From Phyllosticta citribraziliensis (taxonomy: Eukaryota): DNA of 64,000 nucleotides. The position numbers and the translations under genes are program-made. The notes under the pieces are model-generated. The model worked only from the letters and a program-made list of their open reading frames with translations, ran no database searches and had not been told where the DNA came from. This document shows, in pieces, positions 1-12,862 of the stretch; within the stretch, counting starts at the first letter, position 1, and the number at the start of each line of letters is the position of its first letter. Where the stretch lies: assembly GCF_038025025.1 (NCBI RefSeq), contig NW_027117338.1:2976001-3040000 (forward strand), read 5' to 3'.

Positions 1-1273
1 ACAGGTGGACGGGCGCCTGGCCGTTGCCGATGAGACGGATGCCGCGCTCCATGAGGGAGCCGATGTTGAAGTGGTTGGTTTGTTTGAAGTCAGCGACGAT
101 GTCTTGGAAGGGAGGTGCGTGTAGTGAGGAGCATGGAGCAAAACTTACAAAGCCCACGTAGACGCCCGTGATGCCGCAGCGCCCAAAATTGCGCACGCTG
201 GTAATCATCTCGTTGACCAGCTCGCTCGTGTCCGTCTCGGCGCCCAGCATCATCTCAAAGTAGTGCGCCCAGCCCTTTGCGTACTCGCCCGCCGCGCACT
301 CGAGCGCAACGTCCGGCCCACGGCCATCCCCCATCTCCTTCAACTTGCTGGACACGCTCTCGCCCTTCTTCAGCTTGGTAAAGTCCAGCGTCTCCGCCCG
401 CGGATACCGCTCCTTGATGAAGTCGAGCCGCCACGCGACGCCATCGATGGCAATTACGCGCTTAGCACCTTGCAAGAAGGCAAAGTCGAGCGCCATGACG
501 CCGATGGGGCCGGCGCCCCAGATGGCCACCACGTCGCCCTCGTAGACGCCCGTGTCGACGACGGCGTTCCACGACGTGGCGAGCACGTCGGACAGGTACA
601 GCCCCTTTTCGTCGGGCACGTCGTCCGGCAGCTTGAGCAGGTTGGTGTCGCCGCATGGCACGCGCACGTACTCGGCTTGCCCGCCTGCGAAGCCGCCCGT
701 GAAGTGCGAGTAGCCAAACATGCCGGCCGTGCGGCCGCCGTACATGGCGTTTTCTATCGTGTTGGAGTTTGTCTTTTCGCATTGGGACGACAGCTTGTTC
801 TTGCAGTAGTAGCACTGTGAGAATCGTCAGTATCCCGTTGTTTTTGACACCACGCCTCGACAAGAGTTACATACGTCGCCGCAGGCAATCTGGAAAGACG
901 CCACAACCCGATCGCCCTTCTTCAATCCCGTAACAGCGGCGCCCATCTCATCCACAACGCCGCAAAACTCATGGCCCAGGATGTCCCCCTTTTGCAGCTC
1001 GACGACGGTGCCGTGCAGCAGGTGGCGGTCCGAGCCGCACACGGTGCTGCCCGTCACCTTGAGGATGACGTCGCGGTCCTCAATCACCTTTGGCCGGGGC
1101 ACCTCGACGACCTGCACCTTGTTCTTGCCCATCCACGCCAGCGCCTTCATCGTGTCGCGGTCGTCGGCCCACGCCGGGTCGTTGGCCGGGTTCGTCACGT
1201 CCTGCGCCGTCACGCTGTTGGTGTCGTGGCCGATGAGCTGCTCGGCCTTGTATGCGGCTTGCGACATGGCCAT
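1..1273 (-). CDS. Zn-dependent medium-chain dehydrogenase (glutathione-independent formaldehyde dehydrogenase-like); 3' end lies outside the window
   Basis: Motifs CGSDxH, GHEFCG, structural Zn cluster C-x2-C-x2-C-x7-C across intron 815-874 (GTATGT..CTGAC..CAG), Rossmann GAGPIG, GVYVGF|TNHFNIGSLMERG. The second intron-like segment 80-148 has an aberrant acceptor (see findings). Confidence 0.9.
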
Positions 1274-1875
1274 GTTTTCGGTTGCTTGGTATTGGTGAAA
1301 GGAACTGTAGGTGTAGATGTACGTGGTATTGAGGCTGGGTCTCGAAACAAGCAGTCAAAAATTTGGCGAATGAGAAGTTCAAGGAGGACTGGGTTAGTTT
1401 GGACAAAGAGGAAGGGAAGAAGGAGCAGACGAGTGCTTTTGACGGCCTCAGCCAGCCAGCCAGCCATCGACATCAGCAGCTACAACATTATCCAGACCGA
1501 CCCCGCCCTAGCTCACTATGTCCCAATCATGACATAATGTCCAATCCAGTCGTCGGTGTCCCCTCTTGGAGCCGAACCAAACCGCCACAGCGCCCTCCTG
1601 CGCCCAGCCCAGCGGCCGGCTGTGGCAGCTCGACAAATCCGGGGATGCATATTGCGACGTCATGGAATGCGGCGAAAAAAGGGGGGGAAAGGATGCGAAT
1701 TAGAAATCCCCATTGTCCCTCACCTCAGCCAGGCTGTGAGTTGATCGGAGCACGCACAGTGCGAATCGGAATTGGAGCCATTGGACCCGTTTGGCGGATG
1801 GAGAAATCTGGACTTTTGCGTTTGTTCGATGTCGAGGGCGGGCAGATCGGATTGACGGGAAGGAGAGAGCTGGTC

Positions 1876-1883
1876 TGACGTCA
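1876..1883. promoter_or_regulatory. CRE/ATF palindrome TGACGTCA ~600 bp upstream of the dehydrogenase
   Basis: Exact TGACGTCA at 1876-1883; function (AtfA-type stress/conidial regulation) is inferred only. Confidence 0.3.
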
Positions 1884-2776
1884 TTCTCGCGTGGTGGCGT
1901 CAAGGTACCACCGCACTCAGGTCACCACCTCCTCTTCAAAGCAGTTGCGGGGCCCATGAGATGCTGGCAGGCGCACCACGGCGTTCCTCGAAAGACCTGG
2001 ACGGCGCCACGAGAAGGCGAATTGTGCACGCCGGCAAGCAACCATCGACGGGACGCGGGGAGCATGAAAAGGGAAGAAGCGGCGCGTGGCAGCAGTACAG
2101 TAGTCAACGAAAGAACACGAGCGCGCCAGGGCGGGGCACCCACTCAGGCGCGAGGCTCTGCTCTTCTCTTCCTTAGCTTCACGGCAACGCGGCAAATCGC
2201 CTTTGTGCCATTCTCATGAACAACAGCGGTCAGGCTTCTTTCTCTACCTGGTCAAATCGGCTTATTACGTACGACTAACGGTGGCTGGCTTTCTCTCGTA
2301 CGTACGGCAGCTACCTTGGCTGGCAACTCACACAATCCTGACTGTCCCGACCCAAATATCAATCAACCATGCACGATCCAAGCCGTGACGGCTCGACGCA
2401 AATTAGATCGCACGCCAGAAAGCATTACATTCAAATTTTGCAACTTTGTCGCTCATACCAGCGGGGTCAAAGCCGCCAAGTCCGGCAATAAATGTTGGAA
2501 CGCGGAAACGGCATCCGAGCGAAGCGTGTCCTGCCTCTGCTGTCGCCGCCGCGCCGCTTCAGTCCCAAAGGCATAGTCATGTCTGGACCCCATCCAGCGC
2601 CCAGTATGACTGTCGGGGTGATTTCGTTTTCGTTTGGTTTCTGGCGAGCTTATAGGAGTAAGGGGTCGATAGCCGTGACCGGACCCATCTCCTTGCCCCT
2701 TTATCGAAGTTGGTGATTGTGGTTTGGGTGTCATTGGTGACGTGTGTCTCGGTGGTTGTGCTCGAGGTCCATCTAG

Positions 2777-5129
2777 TCAGAACGCCTCGATGACGGACGC
2801 GCGCAGCGCGTAGTTGACGTCTTCGCGACGGAAGCCGGGACCGCGGCCAATACAGACGCTGCGTTTGATGAGGCCTGTGGATGGGCGGTCACGTCAGAAT
2901 AGCGTTTGTTTTGGAGACCGATTGAAGGAAGAGGGATCGGTTACTGACCATTGATGAACCGCTGCACGTCAATTGTCACGGTACGCCTTTCGCGCCTCTG
3001 TCCGACCATCTCGACGCTAGCAGAGGCAGTGGTGTGGCCTTCGAGGCCAAAAGACTCACTGCCCACCCAAGAGAGGTCGAAGCCATACATTTGTCCCCAG
3101 GGATCGGGTGACGTCTTACTCCTGCGGCTTTGTGAAGAGATGCCAGTGCCCGTGAACCCCATTGGGTAGTCGTCCAGCGGCTGCGTACTTGGTGTGCTCG
3201 GAGGGCCTCCAGAGGGAGATCGATCGCTTCGAGTCAAACTAACACTGGCGGTGCTAGTCGTGGTCGTCCTCTCAGGCGACGGTCTCGTCTGTGGTGACGT
3301 TTGGGGTTGGCGTGCTATTAGATGATTTGGTGCGTACGGATCAAGCGACTCGTCGAGCGCCGCCACCTCCGAATCTGGATGGACTGTCCCTCCCGTTCCT
3401 TGGAGCTGGCCCATTGCAATTGCATCCAGAGTCTTGACAGCAGCCTCTGCAAAGGATGCTTGAGCGTCGATCCTGATTCCAAGCTCATCAAGATAGCCTT
3501 CAACGTCGTGGCTGTCAAACCACTCGCCGTCGTACTGCCTGAGGTCCTCTTCCAACTCCCTGCTCCAGCTGATTCGCGGATTCAAGCCGGCCCTGATCTG
3601 ATCCAACTCAGCTTTTGTAGCCCAAGGGCCTATGCGACGGACATTCCAGTCCGTCTTCCGAGGGACGACGTTGCCGTTGCCATCACGTTGAGGGTAATGT
3701 GTTCCAGCACCGCCGAGATGGATGAAAGGAGAGTTGAGGAACTCTATGGGCTCAAGGACCGACTGCTGGAGGAGTGCGCGAAATTGCCTCTGGATCTCGT
3801 CGCGCGTCGCGTAGTGACGGCAAATGCGGAACACGCGTTGAAACGCCCCAGGACGGAGCTGCGAGGTAGACAGAAGATGGAAACCCCGCTCAAGGCATGC
3901 TCGTTGGAGCCTGCGGGCGAAAGTGGTCTCTTGAAATGAGTAGGTGTACGGCAACTGTATTTCGGGGGAAGTAGTAAGGGACGGGGAGAAGGTGAACTGC
4001 GGAGAAAGGGGATTAATACCATAGCCATGACTGTCCGAGGCTACCGATCGTCTATTACTTTCCGAGGTCGAATGCGATCCCCTAGGCCCTGAAACTTGGA
4101 GAGCAGAACCCCCAAGGAATGGAGAGGCAGATAAGGATTGGATGGGAGGTGACTCGGACGACGTCGCCCCAACTGCTGACCTCAGAGCCAAAGTGGAGGG
4201 AGCAAGAACATCTGCAGTATTCGAGCTTGTATCCGCGTTCGGCGCGAGGTCCGTGCCCAACATGTCATCGGTAAATAGGTAACCCATGCCGAGTTGTTGG
4301 TACAGTGCTTGCTGCTGAGCAGCTCTTTCATCAAGCCTCCGTCGCTGGGGCTGAATCATTTCTTCATAGCTGCGGCTGGACAGGTTTGCCACCACTCGCT
4401 CCTGGCGAGGCGGCTCTTGACGAGGCGGATTTTGACAAGACGCAGGGTTATCAGCGTCGTCACTCTCTCCATGGTCCTCGCCAACAACCTTGGCCGTCTG
4501 AACCAGCTGGTTGAGGGCGTCCCTTGTTTGTTGCAGGTCCGATGCCAGGTCCGGGCGCAAGGAGGCAATGTCCGAAGCCCGATCATTGAAATTGAGAAAG
4601 GAGTTGTGCATGCCATCAATGACGGACTGAAGATGTTCGACTTGGTGTTGGAGAGAGTTGATGGTCATCTCCTTGCGCTGCCTATAGGCGCGCTGAGCCA
4701 GGCGAATTTGCGTACGCCGACGCTGTGCTGGGGTCAGCAGGCGAACGACCGTGGGAAGCGGGGATGACATGATCCATCGGGATTCGAAACAAGAGTAGAA
4801 GCTGAAATGCGCAAAAAGAACGTGCAAACGAAATGCTATATTGACAGGCAAAGTACCAACAGAACAAGAGACTCGTACGAAACTCGGAAGACCCACTGTG
4901 CTACCACACAGTAATTGAGAGTGCTCCATGATGACTGATCGCTGTGGGACAGTCTGCAAAGAAAAAAAAGAGATTTCTGATTACTCACATCGGCAGCAGT
5001 CTCGTCAGTTGTGTCAACTTTTGGGCGTCCCCGTTGCTTCTTGCTCTTGGAAGAAGAGGCGTCACCAGCGGTGGCGACATTTCTTGTTCGCTTCTTGGTG
5101 GCGGGCTGCTCCAGTCCTTCAGGCTCCAT
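2777..5129 (-). CDS. bZIP transcription factor (3 exons: 5129-4989, 4722-2949, 2874-2777)
   Basis: KQRGRPKVDTTDETAAD|RRRTQIRLAQRAYRQRKE basic region and leucine zipper; conserved blocks YTYSFQETTFARRLQRACLE and GEWFDSHDVEGYL; C-terminus SVCIGRGPGFRREDV. Introns 4723-4988 and 2875-2948 have GT/AG ends and CTGAC branch sites. Confidence 0.85.
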
Positions 5130-6077
5130 GGTGGCTGCAAGATTCCAATTGTAATAGTAAACCAGGGCTCCGGATGATCGGGTAACGGCTTCGGATGGAT
5201 TACTTCAACTCCTCGGTGGATACAAGACTAGATGGAAGACCAATGTACGGCTTTGTTCCGCTTTCAATAAAGGTGGATATACGTCGTCTCTGGGACTCTT
5301 ATAAAACTCCGCAGTCGTAAGCTCGGCGCACTGGAGTGTTCCGCTCAAGGCCGCGCCGTTGGAGTCGCAGACTCTATTTGAATGAATGAGCTGAATAATG
5401 GATTGGCCGTCGAAACTTGTCCGTCATACGCACGGATGGCGCGATTCGCTGTCCTTAGAGTCCAACTCGGTAGCTGGCACAGGCCGGACAGACGAGCGTC
5501 GGATCCGTAGATCTGGCGAAGAACTCCAAGCCCCGGGTCGATCTGGAAGCAGACAAGAGTAGCCTAGCACGTCGAGCGTTCGTTGGCCAGTAAAGACGAG
5601 TGGTACAGGTTGGTTTGGGATAAGGAGGGGTGGAAAAGAGCCTTGGGGTGGGTGTTTAGTGATCACCTAGGTCCAGCGCTTGGCATGGCGTCTCGGGCCG
5701 GTTATGCATTGGTTAGGCCACAGTCGCACACGGCGTCACCGAAAGGGCCAAAGCCACCTCCATTAGGCTATAGCAGGGTCTGTCATGTATATACTTGGGC
5801 TACTTGTTACTCGGTTGAGCCACTAGTAGCATCGAGCGGCCAGCTGTGGTTTCAACAATGCCTCTATAATGCCATGGCAATCTCGAATTTAGACTACATG
5901 TCCACCAAACATGATGAGGTGGTGTATTCATGCTACGCACTCAGTAATTGGCGTAGCTTCGGCGAGCCCGTCCCGCAGGAAATAGTCTTTGAGACTTTAA
6001 TGCAAGACCTGCCACTGCCACTCCGAATCCCGCAGCCGGCGCTGATGAGAATGCAAGCTAATTCCGTCGATGACTCT

Positions 6078-7165
6078 TTAGTCATCGCTCTGCGTTTCCG
6101 CCTCGCTGCCGATTTCCTCATCCTCGTCATCGTCCTGGATGAGTGGAACAAACCTAAACTCCACAAAGCTGATCTGTCCCCCTTCCATATCAACCATAAA
6201 CTGGAGACCGAGGACCCCTTGCCTATCTCCTCTGATGCTGACCTTGCTGGAAGTTGCCATTGCTCGCATGGCTGACTTGATCAAAGTAAATTTGTACGAG
6301 TAGACGACGCGGTGTGCGACCTGGAACGACTCGAGCAGTGCTTCATCTTGTTGTGCCAAGCCGGGAGGTCCGTCTCTTGGCGAAGATGCCTGCGCATGCT
6401 CAGGCTTGCCAAAGTCAACCACGGTGCTGCCCAAGGAGCCGCTAGCACTGAGCGAGAAAAATGGTGCTGACTGTTTTGCGCGAAGGGCTAGCTCATCTGG
6501 ACTCGTGCTGCTGAGTTCCGTGATGGCGTCGTGGAGAAAGGAACTTCGCATGATGAACCTGAAGATGAGGTCCTCTCGCGCAAATGGAATCTCCTCGTTT
6601 TCGGCTTCATCGAGCTCGTACGTCGTCAAATCGCACGTGGTTGTGACACCGGCTTCCTCGAGGACAACTTTGAGAGATGAGCCAGCACCATGGTAGGACA
6701 TGCGACAGACTGAAGTCATTCCTAAAACTCTATTATCAAAGGCATTGGTAGGACCCCTGCTGCTAAACGAAGCGAAAGGATTCCGCGAGGTTTGTTCGGT
6801 GAAGCCGAAGATTTGCAGGGTCTCGATAAGAGCAGGCAGGTTTATGGAGAACGGTGGAACTTCGTCGTCTGTATCGTCGTCCGAAGATTGCGAACCTCGA
6901 GGGGAGTTGTAGTGGTACGTGGTGAAGAGGGCTTTTTCGAGAACCACGGTGCCTTGTTGTCGTCAGCCTGGGCAGAAGAGAAGACCAAGAGAGCACACCA
7001 ACCCTGCGCCACTCGATTCTCTTCGACAGTGAAGCTCAGTCCGTCTTTGCTTATTCGTAGACGAGCTCGAGGCGCAAAGCTGATGCATCGAAGAAGGATG
7101 AAGAGCTGGCGAGCAGAGCTGGACACGGCGCTGAAGATGGGCGAGCGGTCGGATTCGGCCGGCAT
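6078..7165 (-). CDS. rad1: 9-1-1 checkpoint clamp subunit Rad1 (Rad1/Rec1/Rad17 family)
   Basis: PIFSAVSSSARQLFILLRCISF, GVTTTCDLTTYE, SKVSIRGDRQGVLGLQFM, FVEFRFVP; intron 6953-7002. Confidence 0.9.
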
Positions 7166-8121
7166 GGCGAGGGTAGTCTGGACGAAGATGCAGAATTTTA
7201 TTGCCCAAGTTTATCGCATGACCCAGCCTAATGTACACGAAAAGCCGAAGACGCCGGTGAGGAGGAAGCTGGAAAGTCTAGACGTAGACACCGACGGCGC
7301 AAATCATGTATACGGATCCGAAGCTGGCAGAGATGGCGAGCGTGAGCCGAGGTATGGATGGAGCTAGTGGGCTACGACTTACCCAAACGCCAGAGATGCA
7401 GGGACGCCAATGACAGGCAAGGTGACGACGGAGCGGTCTAGCGGAGGGTTAAAAGGTTAATTGCGCAGTGTTGTCGCAGAGGCTTACTGAGGCCGAAGAA
7501 ACCTGTCAAGAAAAAGGCTGGCGGCAGGAGTCAGCGGTGGTGGACTTGTTCAATGGTGAAGTTGGGGCGCACCAGTCAGGAGGAGCAGGAAACCGACGAG
7601 GAACTGCGAGTTTTTGGCGACGCCGGGGTGGTATGGCTGAGCTTTGGCAGCTTCCCAGACGTCGAGCAGAGGCGTGGCAGAAGACATTGGAAGGAACAAG
7701 GTTGAGTGAGGTGAGGTGAGGTGTGTTTTGCGTACCGTACGGACGTAGAGGGAGGTGCAGATGGCAGTTGAACGTGGTGTTGAGTGAGTGAGTGAGTGAG
7801 TTACGTGGTCTAGGCGGAGAACCCCGGACTCTAGGCGCTGGGGCCCTGCAAAGGCGGCCCGATCACCGTCTCCGTCTCCGGCCCCGGCCTGCTAGCCTCA
7901 CCTTTCCCTCACCACACCACCACCGCACTTACAACTAACTCTCCCTCGTCTTCAGCTCCGTCCTTTGTCGCCTCTACCACCCATGACTCCTCTCCGTCTC
8001 TAGCTCGCCGCATTCCATGGCAAGCACCGCCGTCAACTCGTCTCTTCTCGCGCTCCTCGTCAATCCTCCCTCCTCTTCCTCCTCCGCTCCCACCATTCCC
8101 GTCGCCTCACACAACCTCGCC

Positions 8122-10316
8122 ATGGCCGCCAGGAGTCCAGCTCTCGCCAGGCGCAACCCAAAGACGGATCTCTACCGCCCGAAAATCGTCACCACCGTCG
8201 GCGCGAAGCCTGCCTGTCTCGTGAATGCCTCGGTGACGTACGTAGGACACGACCAAATTTATGCTTTTGGAGGATTCGACCAGTACACCGACGAAGGTGC
8301 CTGCCCTGGACCCTTGTTGCAATGAATTCGTGCTGATCGGACCCTAGTCTACAACCATGTGCTTCGCCTGAACCTGCAGACCCGGCAGTGGAATTTGGTT
8401 GACAACTACGGTGACATTCCGGGGGTCCGCATGGGTACGTTCCCGCCAAAACCAAAAGTCTCGCAGGCATTTGCCTAACTTGAACAGGCCACACTGCCAG
8501 CCTCTGGCAGGGAGACAAGTTGCTCGTCTTTGGCGGCGAAAACGAACATCGCCACTACCTCCACGATGTCATTATATTTGACCTCAAAACGGCCCATTGG
8601 ACCCAGCCCGAAATCCACGGAACTCCACCAAAAGGCCGTGCTCGCCATTCGGCCGTCATCCACGACGACAAACTCTTCATCCTTGGTGGCATGAGCGGTG
8701 CAGACAGCTACGTTCTCGACGACATTTGCTACCTCGACTTGAAAACTTGGACCTGGTCCAGGACTTGGCGATTTGTTCCACGCTACGATCACACAAGCTG
8801 GGTCTGGGACGGCAAGATTTGGGTCTTTGGCGGTCTGGGCGAAGACATGGAGAAGACGAGCGAAATCTGGTGGCTCGACATGCGCGGAAGTCCTGCTTTC
8901 GAGGCTGCCATGGCGTACGGGATCCCAGGCAAGGTTCTTGGAAGAACCCGCGAACACAATTCTGCGACTTGGCGAGCGCCACTTCCCACAGGAAACACCG
9001 GATACGCGGCCAATTCGAGCAGCGTGCAGACAAATCCGGGTCATTCGACGAATTACCGGCCGCTCTTTGCGCCCGGGGCCATTTCGTCGCTCAAGTTCGT
9101 CGCCAGTCAGAACCTACCGACGCAAGCTCTTGGCACGCACTTCCACCTCTTCACGTCAGGGCAGCTTGTCGACTTTGTCACCCCGGCCTCGGTCATGTCG
9201 TCTTGTGACATTAGCATTTCATCCCTCGACCTCGACACATTGCGCTGGCACAAGCTCGCCGACGGCAAGGAAATGTTCCCCTCGAGCTACCGATGGCATT
9301 ATTGCACGTTGAACGAGGACGGCACACATGCTTGGCTGCTTGGCTGCCCCACGGACCCTGCAAACACTGGCGACGCCAACGGCGAGTACCTGAGCGACGT
9401 CTTGCCAATTGACCTGACCAAGTTTGGAATTCTCGGCAACGCTTTAAATTACGAGACACGTGCCGAGTCGACCAAGCTGCCCGCGTCAGACGCCAACGAA
9501 AACTCTCCGCTAGCGGGCATTGGAGCGGATCTGGTCAGAGTTTTTGACCAGCCACCCGAGTCCGGAAGCGGCACGGATTTCATCATCACGGCTCAACCCG
9601 ACGACGAAGACGCCGGCTGCGACGACGACAGGTCGCCTCGCATCGATTCCATGTACCAGGATTCGGCGCCTGCCGCCGATGCCATGATGCAGGAGACGCC
9701 GCCCATTCATGTCCACAAAATGATACTTCAGGCGCGGTGGCCACATTTTGCGAGAATGTACAACTCGCAGATGCTGGAGTACCACACAAAGAAGATGCAC
9801 ATTCCAGAGCCGTATACAACGGTCCGTGCATTTTTGTATTACCTCTACACTGACAGCATTGCTCCGCGAGGTGAATATGGGCCCCCGCTCTGCGACGTGG
9901 CGGGCATGTTGGTCATGGCCAATCTGTACGTCATGCCACGTCTGCGCATCCTCTGCGTCAACAGGCTGCACAAGGAGCTCGACGTGGACCACGCAGCCCT
10001 CATATGGGAGCGGGCCAGCACGGCCAACGAGCAGTGGCTCAAGGAGCGGGCAGCCGACTTTTGCATGACGCACTGGGGAAAGGTGGTGCGCAGCAGAGGT
10101 TTCCGCGGCCTGGACAAGCGCAGCCTGTTGGAGCTTTGCGAGGAAGTTGACCAACACGCGCGGGTGCTGACGGGGGAAGAGCTCGAGTCGCTGGGTGCCT
10201 TTGCTGGTTCCAAGTACCCAGGGCGAGAGGGGCGCAAACGCAGTGCGGGCGTCTTGACGGCGGAAGACATCGAGGAAGGTGAGGACGGAGAAGACGAAGG
10301 CATGGAACTGAGTTAA
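8122..10316 (+). CDS. Kelch-repeat + BTB/POZ (BACK-like) protein, LZTR1-like putative Cul3 adaptor; upstream in-frame ATG at 8017 is also possible
   Basis: Kelch GG repeats (IYAFGG, LVFGG, FILGG, WVFGG); BTB motifs TDFII, IHVHKMILQARWPHF, FLYYLYTD; introns 8297-8347 and 8435-8487. Confidence 0.85.
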
Positions 10317-10475
10317 ATTTTTGTTTTGCTTTGCAGAGGCCTCGGCCGCGACGACACTCGGCCAGGTTCACAGGGTTCTTTGGCGCCACGGCTTGTTCAT
10401 TTCGCACGACGACCTCGTCAGTCCGACGACGGAGTGGATGGAGGACAAGTAATGGGATCGGCGTTGCTATGGAGC

Positions 10476-10510
10476 GATGGGATGGGATGGGATGGGATGG
10501 GATGGGATGG
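10476..10510. repeat. (GATGG)7 microsatellite
   Basis: Seen directly, followed by degenerate GAATGG/GACTGG units. Confidence 0.95.
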
Positions 10511-11015
10511 GAATGGGACTGGGACTGGGCCTTGGCAAGTTGGCACCTTTTACGAACGGTACGAAGCGGATTGAATTCATCAGCTCAGGTCTAGATCAAC
10601 AACAAGGAGCAAACTCCACGAGCCATTGCTGCTCTTTTGATTCTCCGCAAACGGACACGACGTACACGCGAAGCTCTCGTTGGCGGAAGAATTGCTGGGG
10701 CCGTGCAGCTGCCCCTCCCCCTCTTTTTCTGCGTCAACCGCCCCGCGTCTGCCCCACGATTGACTTGGATTGCGTAGGCCGCGCGCTACTTTTGCTTCTC
10801 CTCTGATCCCAACCAATGCCGGCTGACCGCCCCTATCTTCGGCCTCCACCAGGCCCGCCGCCATCGTGAGTTGAGAGTTCACCAAGTCGCCCTGGCGGGC
10901 TGCCGTGCGCGACTCGGACACCTCCCCAGGTACCGCCAACCCTGCCGTGGTTGTACTTTTATTGCACCCCGTCCTCGCCGGAAAACCTTCCATTCTCAAC
11001 CTCCTCTCTACCATC

Positions 11016-12173
11016 ATGTCGACCACCACTATTGTTGAGCCCTCCAAGCCAAACATTGGCGTCTACACCAACCCCGAACATGCTTTGTGGGTGGCAGAAG
11101 CAACGCCAACCCTCGAAGATGTAAAGAAGGGCGAGGGCCTCAAGCCTGGCGAGGTCACAATTGCTGTCAAGAGCACCGGCATCTGCGGGTAAGCTGAATT
11201 CTACTCCCCGACCTACCAATTCTAACCGACTCCAAGCTCCGACGTGCACTTCTGGCACGCAGGCCGCATCGGGCCCATGGTCGTCACAAAGGACCACATC
11301 ATGGGCCACGAATCGGCCGGCCAAATCATAGCAGTGCACCCATCTGTCAAGTTGCTCAAGCCGGGCGACCGCGTCGCCGTCGAGCCCAACATCCCCTGCC
11401 AGGCGTGCACGCCGTGCCTCAAGGGCCGCTACAACGGCTGCGAAAACGACACATTCCTGTCGACGCCGCCGGCCAACGGGCTGCTCCGCCGCTACGTCAA
11501 CCACCCGGCCATGTGGTGCCACAAACTGCCAGACAACATGACGTACGAGGACGGCGCGCTTCTGGAGCCCCTGGCCGTCGCGCTGGCCGGCATGCACCGC
11601 GCCAACATCTCGCTCGGCGACCCAGTCGTCGTGTGCGGCGCGGGCCCCATCGGCCTCGTCACGCTGCTGTGCTGTCGCGCCGCGGGCGCCGAGCCGCTGG
11701 TCGTGACGGACATCGATCAAGGGCGGCTCGACTTCGCGGCCAAACTGGTGCCGGGCGTGCGGACGCACAAGGTCGACTTCGCGCACACGCCCGACGACTT
11801 CGCAGCCGCCATCAAGGCCAAGCTCGAGGGCGCCGAGGCCGCCGTCGCCATGGAGTGCACCGGCGTCGAGTCGAGCATCGCGGGCGCCATCCACGCCGTC
11901 GCGTTTGGCGGCAAGGTGTTCGTCATCGGCGTCGGCAAGAGCGAGCTCAAGATCCCGTTCATGCGCCTCAGCACCCGCGAGGTCGACCTGCAGTTCCAGT
12001 ACCGCTACGCCAACATGTGGCCGCGCGCCATCCGCCTCGTGCGCGGCGGCGTCATCGACCTGCGCGGCTTGGTCACGCATCGGTTCCAGCTTGAGGAGGC
12101 CGAGAAGGCTTTTCATACGGCGTCGGACCCCAAGACGGGCGCGATTAAGGTGCAGATCCAGAGTTTGGATTAG
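11016..12173 (+). CDS. lad1: L-arabinitol 4-dehydrogenase
   Basis: [78 protein letters not shown]; intron 11189-11236. Confidence 0.93.
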
Positions 12174-12862
12174 GCGTGTGATGGTAAAGTGATTTCAGGG
12201 GGAGAGGAGTTGGCGGAGGGAAGCGGCGGAGTTGCATTGGCGTTGTTGTTGGCGAGAGGGGAGAATCTCGACGGGACGAGGAGGAGTTGAGGATTAAAGC
12301 ATCCAGAAGGACGAATGATGACGAGATCTTTTACTACCTACCTACCTACCTACTACCTATACCTAAACCACATAGATTGGAGCACCTGCATGTATTTCGG
12401 AATAGACACACTTAAATCAACTCAGCGCTCTCACTCTGTCTGTCCAGCTCTTGATTGAAAAGGGGGGTCAGGGGTGGGTGGCAGGTCAAGGCCTCGGCAG
12501 AGCAGCGAAGAAAAATTGCTGAAATTGTTCGTCACTTAGCAGGCAGCCAAATAGCGGTAAACAGTAAACGAGATTACTTCTATCTACATACTCCGGGGAC
12601 TAAGCGTGAGCGTCTTGTGTGCAAGACGCGGAGTGTTGTCCGTATGCCTGTGTGGCATACCACGCACTCGCTGATATACTGCGTAACGTAACGCCTTGAA
12701 ACCGACATCGGGAAATGCTGAGATGGGAAAGACATGATGTGCAGAGAAGAGTGAAGGGGGTATCTCAATCTAGGCGCGCGTGGGGGTATGGGGTATGGGG
12801 TATCGAATGCCAAAGGCCAGAAGAACGACAAAAGACAAGACAAGACAAAAACAGCACGACCG

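Noticed and set aside
4723..4988. Long 266-nt bZIP intron as a stwintron or ncRNA host
   Set aside because: No nested donor/branch/acceptor arrangement or snoRNA boxes could be identified convincingly.
5583..6275. 230-aa plus-strand ORF overlapping the rad1 3' end
   Set aside because: Non-ATG start, no domain, and partly an antisense shadow of rad1.
10959..12116. Long antisense or alternate-frame ORFs (also 23000-24235, 28127-29011, 38340-39131, 48093-49058)
   Set aside because: Shadow ORFs produced by high GC3 codon usage of the real genes.
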